NCBI RefSeq assembly: GCF_001194135.2
Contig: NC_068997.1
Span: 55,458,530-55,522,529 of the forward strand
Direction of reading: 5' to 3'
From: Octopus bimaculoides
Taxonomy: Eukaryota
Length of the DNA: 64,000 nucleotides
The notes beneath the pieces were generated by a model. That model was not told the DNA's origin. It ran no database searches and saw nothing but the letters and a program-made list of their open reading frames with translations. Positions within the stretch are counted from its first letter, which is position 1. The number at the start of each line of letters is the position of its first letter. Shown here in pieces: positions 23,277 to 35,000 of the stretch. The translations under genes and the position numbers were made by a program.

Positions 23277-26200
23277 TTCTTATTTTTGTTTTAGGTCACT
23301 GACATATAAATGATCTTGTGGGGTTTCAAACCAGATCTGTTTAAACATCTAGGAGCAAAACAATTGACGATGACTGGAGATCAAATAAATTAAAATACAT
23401 TATAGAGGTAAAAATTGGTAAATATTTTATCTCTAACAATGAGGTTAGTAGTCTGAAAAATCATAACCTTATTAACCACAAATCATTTCAAATATTTAGA
23501 TATCTAATTATGTAGCTTGTTTGATGCCAAATTTACCATCATTTCAGCTTGCTTGTAATTGATGACATTTTCTGTAACCATTCCTATAGGTGCCATAAAA
23601 CATACCATTTAATGAAATATTCACATGTTATGTCAGCACCTACTTCAAGTTACTATAACTGCTTCTGTAACTAAGAACACTATTGTAAACAATTATTTGA
23701 AGCTGTGAATACTATTTTTTTTAGAATAACAAAAAAAAAAGAAAAAGAAAAAGAAGATAATTGCCTTTGTAAGACACCACTTCACCTATGATAACTTCTT
23801 TCACAATGTTCTAGAAATTACTAAAATACACAGACTGTAAAAATACCACTATCAGTAAATTGTTGGTTACATTGGTTTTTGATATAAATGATGCTGGAAA
23901 TTTACATTATAATTCAATAATAGGTCATTTTAATGGAGTTTAAGAAATTTGTTTAAAAGCACAAACTTCATGTTCTTCTAACAAGTTTTCCTAAATCTCT
24001 TAGAGAGTAATGATGACAAGTGAAAAGTTAAGATTAATTATTCTGATAAAAACGATACTACATACACATATTTATCAGTGTAGATATGCAGTAGTTAACT
24101 GCCTTGTCAGTACATAGATTAGTGTTATGTTTGTGGCTATAAGGGCCTTTGGGTCTTATTTCTAGCAATGTAAGTGCTACCATGCACCCTCAGTCTTCTA
24201 CAATGTGCCTTGTGTCTCCAAGCAATCGTACAGGCTAGGATTGTTTTTGAGAATGTGTCTGTTGATGGCTGGTATTTGAATTCTTTAAGAAAGCTCTGAA
24301 GGAATTAAGAAAAGGTCACAACATTTAGTGTCAGAATAACAAGGAAAAGATTTAGCTACAACAAGCTGCCATAAAATCAGAAGACAGAATCAAAATAAAC
24401 AAATGCATATATTTGCTTGCCAAGAATTTAAAAGTGATTACAGATTCCCTGATTAAAAAGTATTAGTGTAATGTCTAGTATGTGTCATGGGGTTTCTTGT
24501 ACAACAGTAATTATATCAAGGCATCAACAAAGGAAATAACAGTTCAATTCTCACTAGATACTTTTTTTTTATCCTTTATTTTCTTAGACATGCACACCCA
24601 CTCATGCACACACACACACATTCATGCATACAAAAGAAGAAAAAACAGAGTTTAGAAAATATGAACAAACATGATATGATGGTGCCGGTGGTGGATCTCC
24701 ATCATTCTACTATGAAGATTCAGTTGTTTGCTCCACTGACTTAGCTTCTGAATTAATATGCAGCTGACTGAGTATTTCACAGACGAATGTATTTTGACAT
24801 AATTCTCAGACAGAAGCAAAGTGACACACTTGTGATTATCTCATAATTTCAAATCTTCTATCATTCAAGTTCCTAAAAATTGGTGTGTAGCCCCACTTTG
24901 CATATTTTATAAAGGGCTAACAGAGTTTTGTTGATTACAATCATAGCTGCATGGGATTGAAAGCATAGCAGAATGCTGAAGAAGTGGCTCTGGGTTCGAT
25001 GCTAACGCATTGAACTTTTGATAAGTGTCTCCTATCTTAGCTTTTAGGAATTTGGATGTGAGAAGCTGTGTGGAAGTCTGATGTGTGTGCGTGTGTGTGT
25101 TAGCGAGAGAGAGATAAGAAAGTGAGGGGGAGAGTGGACAGCTTTCGATATTAGTAAAAGATGTAAACACTGGGGAGAGAAATAACACTGATGATTATAA
25201 GCGAAGTCCGTTGTGATATTTATCTGGTCCAAACTTCACAGACAATCTTTTCATGCTCTTACTATCATAAATGTTGTGAACCAGTGAGTGAGCAACCAGC
25301 AACTCATAACCTACAACACTAATGTTCTAAAATTAGAACTCAGCATGAAAGAGCCATGAAGTGCTATGATGTGCTGATGAGGTCAAGACAAGGCAGAAAC
25401 ATGCCTAGGTTATTTCCCATACTTGCCATTGATTGAAAATAATACTAGCCATTAAATAATACTGATTTTTTCCTCATCATATTTATTTCCATTCAGCTTT
25501 CTTCATAATCCATACATTAAAACATGCAAACACTAACTTACCAAATGTAAGATTGTTTTAAGGAAAATCCTGTCAAAACTGAATGACTATCTTTATCTCA
25601 GGATGTGTGTGTGTGTGTGTTGTTGTTGTTGTTATTGCAAAAGACTGAGCATTGTTAGATAAAAACTGATAAATAATCTGTATTGAAACAATTATATCAC
25701 TAAATAAACCACCAACAAACTGTTCACATTTTCCATTAAACAATAAAATGTGAAGTAAAAAAATAAAGACATTTGTTATTCCATGAGAGATGATGAATGA
25801 TAACATGGAAGTTTTAACGAGACCAACTCATTAGAAAAAATCCATAAATTTTGACAACTATAGATATCAAAATGTGATTTTGTTGTTATATTTTAGAAAA
25901 GTTGAATTCATAGTCAAGATATAGTATTTGGAACAAAGAAATTAATGAGAGATAACATGATATTGATTATCTAATGCCTAAGATAATGTATAAATTATTG
26001 GTAAAATGACTGACAGACAAAGTCCATATGAATAAAATCGGGAAAGGAATCTTGTAGACATTTTTTATCACTTTTATTAAAACATCTAGAATTGCTGTTG
26101 TTATTGTTTAAAAATGTTATAGCCATCACTATTATTGTTACTGTTGTTTCCCTAGCTATGGTTGGAAAGGAATAACTCACTTTTGCTTTGTAATTGTATA

Positions 26201-27032
26201 TTTATGATGCCTTCAGATATTTTTTAGCTTGACAGACGTTTTAAAACAACCAGCATCCAATGTTGCTCACAGAATAAAAGAGAGGAAACTGCAAGGCAGT
26301 ATTGATCAACAGCCTAATGATAGGTCTAATTTGAACAATGTTGTTCTTGTTTTTTATCCCCTTCTTTTATACACCTTAGAAAATCTTATCAAATTAACTC
26401 AAAGAATTATTTATAACACTCCTATTGATAAAATGGGAAATGAAAACAAAAATGTAAAAAGGAATAAATAAACATGTAGACAAGTTGGTAAAAATAAAAT
26501 CAACATGAAAAATCATAATAAAAAAAATCTGTCTAAAGGCATTCTAAGTGTTTTAAAAATAGGTTTGGTGAACATAAGGAAAAGTTGAAAGTGAAATCTT
26601 TTCAATGTGACAGCAGCCAAATTTAGGACATTGCATGGTAGATAACAGGAATAAATGTTTATGGGTGTTGGTTGGTTGAAAAATATTTATTTCCTCCATT
26701 TAGAAATTCTCTTTGAATTTGATTGTCTGTTTTCTAAAAGAAATTCTGAAAATAATCTACCACTGATGACATTGTCAATGCAAGTAGCTAGGAGGAAGGA
26801 AAGCTGTATTCTTAGAAATATGGCATTCACAACTTCCAGTTTGGTTCTTACAAGAATAATAAGAACTAAAGTTAAATTTGTCAAACCTGATGGAAAGGAT
26901 CAGCAAGTGACATCCACTGGAACTTAGAAAATAGTTTGTAAGTTCTAGTTTGGAAAAACAAAAAACATGTTTACTAGCAGAAAGAATTAAATTTAAATGC
27001 CAACAATTTAATATCAAATTTCAGTAAGTGTA

Positions 27033-27155
27033 ATGCACACACACACACACACACACACACGAGTGTATATATCTCTCTTTCTTTTTCTCTTCACACACAC
27101 ACACACGAGTGTATATATCTCTCTTTCTTTTTCTCTTCACACACACACACACGTA
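27033..27155. repeat. Tandem duplication of a unit of about 46 nt containing (CA)n and CT runs
   Basis: (ca)n-cgagtgtatatatctctctttctttttctctt occurs twice, followed by a partial third unit. Confidence 0.9.
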
Positions 27156-27164
27156 TATATATAC

Positions 27165-27625
27165 GAGGCATAAGCATAGCTGTCTAGTTAACAAACTTGC
27201 TGTCAAACCCTATGGTTTTAAGTTTAGTCTTATTGCATGGCACTTTGGCAACGAAGTGTCTCCTACTACAGCATTGAACTTTGCCTTTCATCCTTTTAGG
27301 GTTGATTAAATAAGTACTAGTTATGCACTGGGGTTGATGGAATCAACTTAATTCCTTTGTCTGTCTTTGTTTGTCCCCTCTACGTTTAGCCCCCCCCCCC
27401 CATCTACCACTGTGGGCAATAAAGAAATAAAAATTGTTAAAACACCAGGAAAATGCTTACTGGCATTTCATGTCTTTATGTTCTGAGTTCAAATTCAACT
27501 GAAGCCAATTTTGCTTTCCATCCTTTTGGGGTTGATTAAATAAGTACTAGTTATGCACTGGGGTCAATGTAATTGACTTACCCCCTAACATGAAATTGCT
27601 GGCCTTGTGACAAAAATTTGAAGCC
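27165..27625 (+). mobile_element. Chimeric SINE (family B head joined to family A core and tail, 27165-27430) followed by another family A copy (27436-27625)
   Basis: B-like head to ctactacagc, then aactttgcctttcatcctttt..aaataagtactagttatgcactggggt; the same core is repeated at 27505-27580. Confidence 0.7.
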
Positions 27626-28099
27626 AATAACAGCAAACTGCCTTCTTTAGGATGCAAACATACACTGTTACAACCCTGAACATAAGAAATCACAGTTCAT
27701 TTCAATATTCTTTGTTTATTATTGAAACTGAATTCATAATTTTATGCTGATTGGTAATTAAATAGAAATAAATCTCTCAGACATCAGATATATCGTTTTT
27801 ATTCATATCAATAACTTTTGTGTCAGTTAATAGTGATGGTACAAGCCAAAAGGGTACATTATGTAATCATATGGCCTGTTAGAGGCAGGGTCCAAATTTC
27901 CAAAACTTACATCTACTATCTAAAAAAATATGATACTTATATCTTCCATTGTAATTCTAGGCTAAGCTTGCTAATATAGGCAGGATGGTCATGGTTGGAA
28001 CTTCTTTGATTATAGGTCTAAACATTGAACACCATGACTTAAATATAAGATTTATAGATATTTAAGAAAGCTTCATATTATTCCAAACATTACTTACAT

Positions 28100-28200
28100 T
28101 AAGACACACAAACACATACACACACACACATGCATCAACACACAGAAACACATACACACACACACATGCATCAACACACAGAAACACAGACACACACACC
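28100..28200. repeat. Tandem repeat of about 36 nt, CA-rich, about 2.5 units
   Basis: aaacacatacacacacacacatgcatcaacacacag occurs twice. Confidence 0.85.
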
Positions 28201-28816
28201 GGAACAAACTGACAAAATCCTTTGCTTTAAACAGTAGCAAACATATTTCTTTCTAAACCAATCCTTAACTCTGATACCTGAGTTATATTAACAGTCCTGA
28301 GGCAAAAAGTATTTATTTATTTTTAGTATAGTTAATGTTGATGTGTTGCCGACACTTAAGACACTTAAGATATATTGCTTGAAGGGAACTTGTCTCTCAG
28401 TTCCAAAATATTTTATTAAATTCTATCAAGAAGCACATAACTTTTATAATCACATCACATCTCCATCATCATCATCATCATCATAAAAAGAAGACGAAAC
28501 ATGTAAATATTGATACAAATCATGTGTGTATTTGATATTGTTAAGACTTGTAGAGACTGTAAGTTTGGTAGCTACAGATGGTTGTGTATTTAAGTTTATA
28601 TGAAAGCTGAACATAATTTCCTTGTATTAAACAACCTCAATATTCAGATTAAATGTATAATATAAAGAAACTAGATTTCTGAGAGACATTTCCGTTTTAC
28701 TTATTGAGTTCACTTCCCATTCAACTCATTATGGCCAACTCTGATTCTCAGTTAATCGAGGCAGTTTTCTTGTATTCTTGAACTAAATAATTTTATACCT
28801 CTTTACCTTATTAAAG

Positions 28817-28945
28817 CCTTATATTTTTGAACAAGGGAATCTAGTACCTCCACTCAGCTCAAAACAATAACCCGGAAATCGCGATACACAGATATTGTTT
28901 TGAGCTGAGTTGGGGTGCTAGATTCCCTTGTTCAAAAATATAAGG
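28817..28945. repeat. Foldback inverted repeat: 53-bp arms, 23-nt spacer, 3 mismatches
   Basis: Left arm 28817-28869 ccttatatttttgaacaagggaatctagtacctccactcagctcaaaacaata; right arm 28893-28945 is its reverse complement except at 3 positions. Confidence 0.95.
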
Positions 28946-31900
28946 ACACAGATCATGTCGTATAACCGGCTGGAGATGATGTCTCCTGGGGCTAAATTAC
29001 AGCAACATTCATCCTAAACCAGCACTCCCATATTATGCTGGCAAACAATCTTTACTACAATCTAAAATTTGTTTTACTAGTTATTCAGAGGAAGAATGAG
29101 GTCATGTCTGAAGATGATGACAGGAAAAAAAGAAGAATGAATCAGAACTCAAGGTATTCTGGAATCTTGAAACTTGGTCAGAAGGTTTGCAGCCAAGCAG
29201 ACTTTATAAAAGATACATGGGTGGAGGGGTTAAGACAAGAGACATAAAGTATATCAGAAACTGTTGTGATAATTTCAGTTCCTTAAAAAATATACTGAGG
29301 AATAGTCTTTATCATTTAAAAGTAACGTAAGCATCTTTAAATCAAATTGAATTCGCCATGTTTTGAATTCTTAAGGCATCTAAGTTTGGTATTCTCTATA
29401 GCAGTTATTCACTGAATCTGTAGGATTCCAAAGTACATGGCATTTTAACATATATATAGATGTCTCATCTGATTTATACTCCACAGAAAATACACTTGTT
29501 AAAAGATATCAGTTCATCTGCTGTATTGCTAAAACATGTTCTTTGTTTATAATTTCTCTCAACCTTCTATAGAATTGCATTGTTCTTGTGTTCATGCAGT
29601 TAAACAGTTTTTGTTAATAGATGCAATTGTCTTTACAAAGCCACTCCATCTCTGACGGAACCAGGTTATATTTCTCAAGAAGCTCACAGAGGCCTTAACC
29701 ACTTCATGTCTTAATTACTTGACTCAGCATTTGTACAGAATAAATTGGGGGAAAATTACAAATGCAGAACATTTAAAAATAAATTCTATTGTTTTCTTAG
29801 CTAAATAACGAATTCAAGAATGTTTATCTGAATTTTGTAACATTGAAATCATTCTAAATTATTGCTCAGAATTGAAATAAACTTCCTAACAAAATACAAT
29901 AATCCACATTCTCCTCTGAGAATATAGATTACAGTATTTCCTCAAAGCCAGAGAGACTGTGCACTCAGCACTTGTGAATTCTATTTCACAACTGGCCCCT
30001 ATTCATGTCAGACATGCAGCTTTAGTAAATTTAATATTAAATCTGGTTAGATCCTCATTAACTTGGGAATATCGTTATAGATCTCTTCTAACATGATAAT
30101 TCTATCAAGGTTTATTTTTGTGAGTCTGTAGAGAGATCCGTGATATTTTTGGTTTTCTCTATGTAGAACTGAAGTTAATGTTTTGAATATAAAATGCTAC
30201 CAAATGAGTCAGTCTGGATTCTTGTAATCAGTCTTATATAATTTTTTCTAGAACTACAAATCTTAAACCTCACTCCACCCACCAGCAATATTTAGAGCTT
30301 ATCTCTTCTGTTAGTCTTTTTGCTATTGTCCATGTCTTACTACAAGGCAACAGAACTGTTTCATGGGAATGTATATTTAGATTGCTGAATATCAACAGAA
30401 AGTCTGGTAAAGCTTAAACATTCATATTTCTAGACAGAAAAATCAGTGATCATATGTATCAATTTTTGCTGAACATGATGCTAGTAAATATATAAGTATT
30501 CTGTTGCCAGTGGTGCCTGTGTGAGTAAAGATTAAAGACACATAACTTTAGGCTTCAAATTGCCAAGATGTTCTTTACTGTGTCTTTAAATTTCATGAAT
30601 TAGGGCCATACTAAAGAAGCGATTCTGTTTAGTTTTTCAAGTTGCTTCCAGTTATCCTTTGTAAAAGCCATCATACAACTCTCACTTCTATGCCATCAAG
30701 TACATCATTTAGATTTTTTTTCAATATTTGGCTATTGATTCAGTAGATGGCTTTAGCTTAGATGCCGTTCATTGAATTTGAAGTTACAACAATAAGGTTT
30801 TAAAGCAAATTTTAACTACATTACTAAACCTCCATCTATCTATCTATCTAAATGCGTGTGTATGGTGTTTATCATTTGCATATTTGTGTAAGATGTACAA
30901 AATGGTATAAAATTTTAACCAAGAAAACCATGTGATACTTATTCCTTCCAACTTGGACAGATGCTCCCTTATCACTCTCACCATCATATCTACAGTGAAG
31001 CTATGATTGGCTTGTTGGAAATTATAATCAACAATGCTATTTACAAAGTGATATATCAAAATAGAATAAATAATAATTTAAGAAAACTACTTTAAATACG
31101 TAAAAAAGATAAAATATAACTGTTTTAGAAGATGCAAATTAATGCCAATATTTTTGTAAAATAAGTTCGAAATAATTAAATCATTAAAAATTTTAAACTC
31201 ATCCCCACCCCACCTAATGTACTAAGAGCGAGCAATTTCAGTAAATATATTGATGAATAATTTTCACTGAAAAGATCTATAAATTAATATAATTTCAAAG
31301 AAAACTGATAAAGACTATGTTTTTTTAATCTTATTGTAATGTAATTTAGAAGAAAATAAAAAACTGAAAATTAGTAACCAAAGCACAAGATAGAAATTCC
31401 TCTCTCTATGTCATTTTTTTCTTCTTTCATTCCACAGACAGAGAAGTGAAATGTTAGTGGCAATCTAAAAATATTCATTGCTACATAATATGACTGCACA
31501 GAGGTAAAACATTATAGCACTAAACCTATCTCGTACAATTGTGTTTGAAAATAAAAATGACCTGCTTACAAATTTTATATTAATGGAGAATGCTCTGAAA
31601 CAGCTCTGAAATTATAGCAAGAGTAGTTTATTTCATTAATATTAGCACAATTTATTCCACAACAACTATCTACCATGTACCATGTGCTAGCTATTAGTAA
31701 TTATGTATCTAATTGGCTTAAGTTGCCTATCAGAACAACCATAAGAGTGGAGATAGGGATAGCCCAGGAGGCCTGGAGCCAGCATAATTGGGAAACTTCA
31801 GAGATGATAATGGAAACCAACACAGAAACATGATCACTGATGAAGTCAAGATGACTCAATTGAAGCTGACTGCTATCAATTAACACACACACACACACAC

Positions 31901-31979
31901 ACACACATTCGAAACTATGGTGAAGGTCTCTACTGAATGTATGCATACACATGCAAATGCATATGCATGCATAGTGTGT

Positions 31980-32134
31980 GTTTATATATATATATATATA
32001 TAGATACATATATATATATATATATATACGTGTGTGTGTATAAATGTGTATATATATATATATATATATGTATGTATATATATATATATATGAGTGTGTA
32101 TATATATATGTATGTATATGTGCATGTGAGTGTG

Positions 32135-32177
<43 letters not shown>

Positions 32178-32187
32178 NNNNNNNNNN

Positions 32188-32229
<42 letters not shown>

Positions 32230-32230
32230 T
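31980..32230. repeat. Long (TA)n/(TG)n compound microsatellite with N gap (32178-32187)
   Basis: Direct reading. Confidence 0.95.
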
Positions 32231-34199
32231 TTCAAATGTACACAATGTATGTATATATGTTTGAAGTACAAAGTAAAGAAGGAGCTCATTTATTCAGAAG
32301 AAGCTAATTCATTCTGTCACTACTCACAGTTTCATTGTACATGTAGCTAAGAAGTGCCTACTCAATTAAAAGAGACCGGAAATTCTTAGTTATGTTGGTA
32401 AATACATTCTTCATGCTACAACATGCTTTTAATGCAATTGTTTCTCTTTCTCAACCCAGCCATGCCAGCGACTTGCATAGAATTATGATGGGAAGTTTTA
32501 ATTTGAATATGGAGGCTTTAATACACGTTTTTGTGTCGCAGAACCAGAAGCAGTCTCAGATAGGTAGAGATCAAAAGAGATGAGTTCATGTTAACATATC
32601 TAATGCATGTAACATTAAAAAGTTACCTTACAATAAGAAATTGTCTTTTACAAAAAAAATATTCTGTCACTAAAATATGAAATAAAACACAAGCATTTTA
32701 CTGTCAGTGGTTCTTTTCATTCCTGAAATACCAATTTCACTTTTTAGTCAACTAATCCTGAGATAAGTTACACTCTATTAGAAAAGAATTTCAATATCAT
32801 ATTTCATTTTTTTTCTCCCTAAACTGAGAAAGTTTATTATAATAATTTAAATCCTCAATCAATTACAGACTCTGTAGGGTACCCCATTAACAGATGTCGC
32901 ATGTCCTCACATCTTTCTAACAATACATGAGAAGAAATGAACCTACTAAAATATTTCATGTTCATGTATATTAATTTTTAGCTGGAAATAGAGTTTCACA
33001 GCAGGTTTATTTTCCATGTCGAAGAATGTTGCCATGCCATGTAATATTCCAGCACTTATATTACAAGTTAATCATCAAAACTTCCAACAGACAACTCATA
33101 AAATTCTATTTTCATCTTCTTTGAATCCATTAAAAGTTATTTTGAATCCCTTCAATGATAATGCCTTCAAAAATTTACAAATTATAATATAAATAATAAA
33201 AATGATTATCTGTATAACAACTTTTATTGACAGAAGACTAAATTAATTATTTCTCAGAAATATTTGAGCAAATCTTTAGAAAGATTAACAAATAGTAACA
33301 AGACTATTGACATTTGAAATTGCAAAATATATATGGGGGTAAATGGAAACTTCAATCTTGCTTCTTCCTTATCAAGATGGATGTAAAAGCCAGTTTTTCT
33401 TTCCTCAAAGATTATTGGTATTTATTTTATACAGAGAATTTGCTTTTATACATTATCTTCGTTTAGTATCAAATGTCATCATGCTTCACTATTAGAACTG
33501 TCAAAATCTTCAGAAAGTTACATTTATATTTAATACTGTTATAAGTTGAATGCATTTCCTTAATTCCATTATATTGTTCCAGTCAACAACGAAACTCTCA
33601 GTCACACAAGTCACTCTCGGATTTCAGTATTATTTCTCTTTCTGCAACAGTGTTCTCTTCATAGCATCTCAGCAACACACTGTCATCTTTCCTACCCATT
33701 GTTGTCATCATCGTTATCATCATCATCATCATCATCATCATCTCACTGCTTCTCTACCACCGAAACCCCTCTATCGTGCCTCCCAACATCCTCACTCCTC
33801 CCATAATATGCAAAGTCCCTTTCCCTACAGCCTCTTCACATCCTTGTTGTCCTAATCTCTTTCTCTAACTCACACCCCATTCCTCACACATCTTTGAATT
33901 ATATTCACCTTTATATCATGAGGTAATGCTGCATCCTTCCTACACTCCTCCCCCTATGCACAATCCTTCTACTCTGCCCCTTTTTCTGTTTCTCCACTAA
34001 CCCCTGATCCTATAAATCCTCCTTTCCCCCATCCATAATGCTCCTCCATATGTTATAGACACAGTTACTCACTCCACTTCCTCCCTCTCACAACAATAAA
34101 CCTGTGTCTTGCACATTACTTCCCCCTTTCATCACCTAAAACCATTACCCTCTTCTTTCAAGTGTGGCAATTATTTTAGACTTACCAGGTGCAAATGAC

Positions 34200-34385
34200 C
34201 TTACAAATGCTGGCGATGCATAAGAAAGCACCCAGTACACTCTGTCAAGTGGTTGTCTCTATGAAGGGAATCTAGCCATAGTAGGTATGTCGTAACTGAG
34301 CTAGCAGAACATGACACACCAAATCCTATCGAATTGTGCAAATAATGAAAAGTAGATGTATGATGATGGTGGTGATGATGATGAC
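34200..34385 (+). mobile_element. Family C (RTE-tail) short repeat, diverged
   Basis: aaagcacccagtacactctgtcaagtggttg..gaagggaatctagc..ending in (GAT)n. Confidence 0.55.
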
Positions 34386-34551
34386 ATTTTTTTGTTCTGT
34401 TGATACCATTTGTTCCATATATGTCCTTCCATAGATTTCTTTCTTAGAGTTGTTCTATAATTTATTTTTCTGTCACATTTAATTCATACAAAACCTCACA
34501 GCAACACGTTATAACTAACCTCTGGTACACACGCACTCACACACATACAGG

Positions 34552-34955
34552 CACAAACATGGCTGTGTTGTCAAGAGATTTACTTGACAACCATGTGGGT
34601 TTTGAGTTCAGTTCTGCTGCACAACACCTTGAGCAAGAATCATCTATTATAGTCCCATGCCAACCAATATTTGTGAGGAAATTTGGTGGAGGTGAAACTG
34701 CGTGAAAACTTGGTGTATATGTGTATGTTTGTGTATGAGTGAGTGTGTGGTGTGCCTGTCTTTCTGCTTGTCCAGCTCCACCTCCTGGCAACTGGTATTG
34801 GTTTGTTTACATCCCTGCAGCTTTGAGGTGCAGCAAAGAAACTGATAGAATGTGTACCAGATTTTTAAAATCTCAATAGGGAGGTTGATTTGTTTGACTA
34901 ACCCTTCGAGGTGGTGACCTGACAGGACTAGAGTCCAATGATTGAAATGAGTAAG
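34552..34955 (+). mobile_element. Diverged SINE family B
   Basis: Head atggctgtgttgtcaag..gagttcagtt, core atttggtggaggtgaaactg, tail gatagaatgtgtaccag..gttgatttgtttgacta..ccaatgattgaaa. Confidence 0.65.

Positions 34956-35000
<45 letters not shown>

Noticed and set aside
23295-23408. Plus-strand ttttgttttAG|GTCACT junction and an exon ending GAG|GTAAAA
   Set aside because: The reconstituted donor is non-consensus, there are early stops in all frames, and the tract abuts a (TA)n run.
25366-25415. Other CTGATGA cores (near 25375, 26763, 31837) as hammerheads
   Set aside because: Stem II is not closed directly by GAAA, or helix III and the NUH triplet are missing.
27033-28200. CRISPR-like or functional tandem arrays (46-nt and 36-nt duplications; 16-nt duplication near 53150)
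   Set aside because: Two-unit slippage duplications without unique spacers, in eukaryotic DNA.
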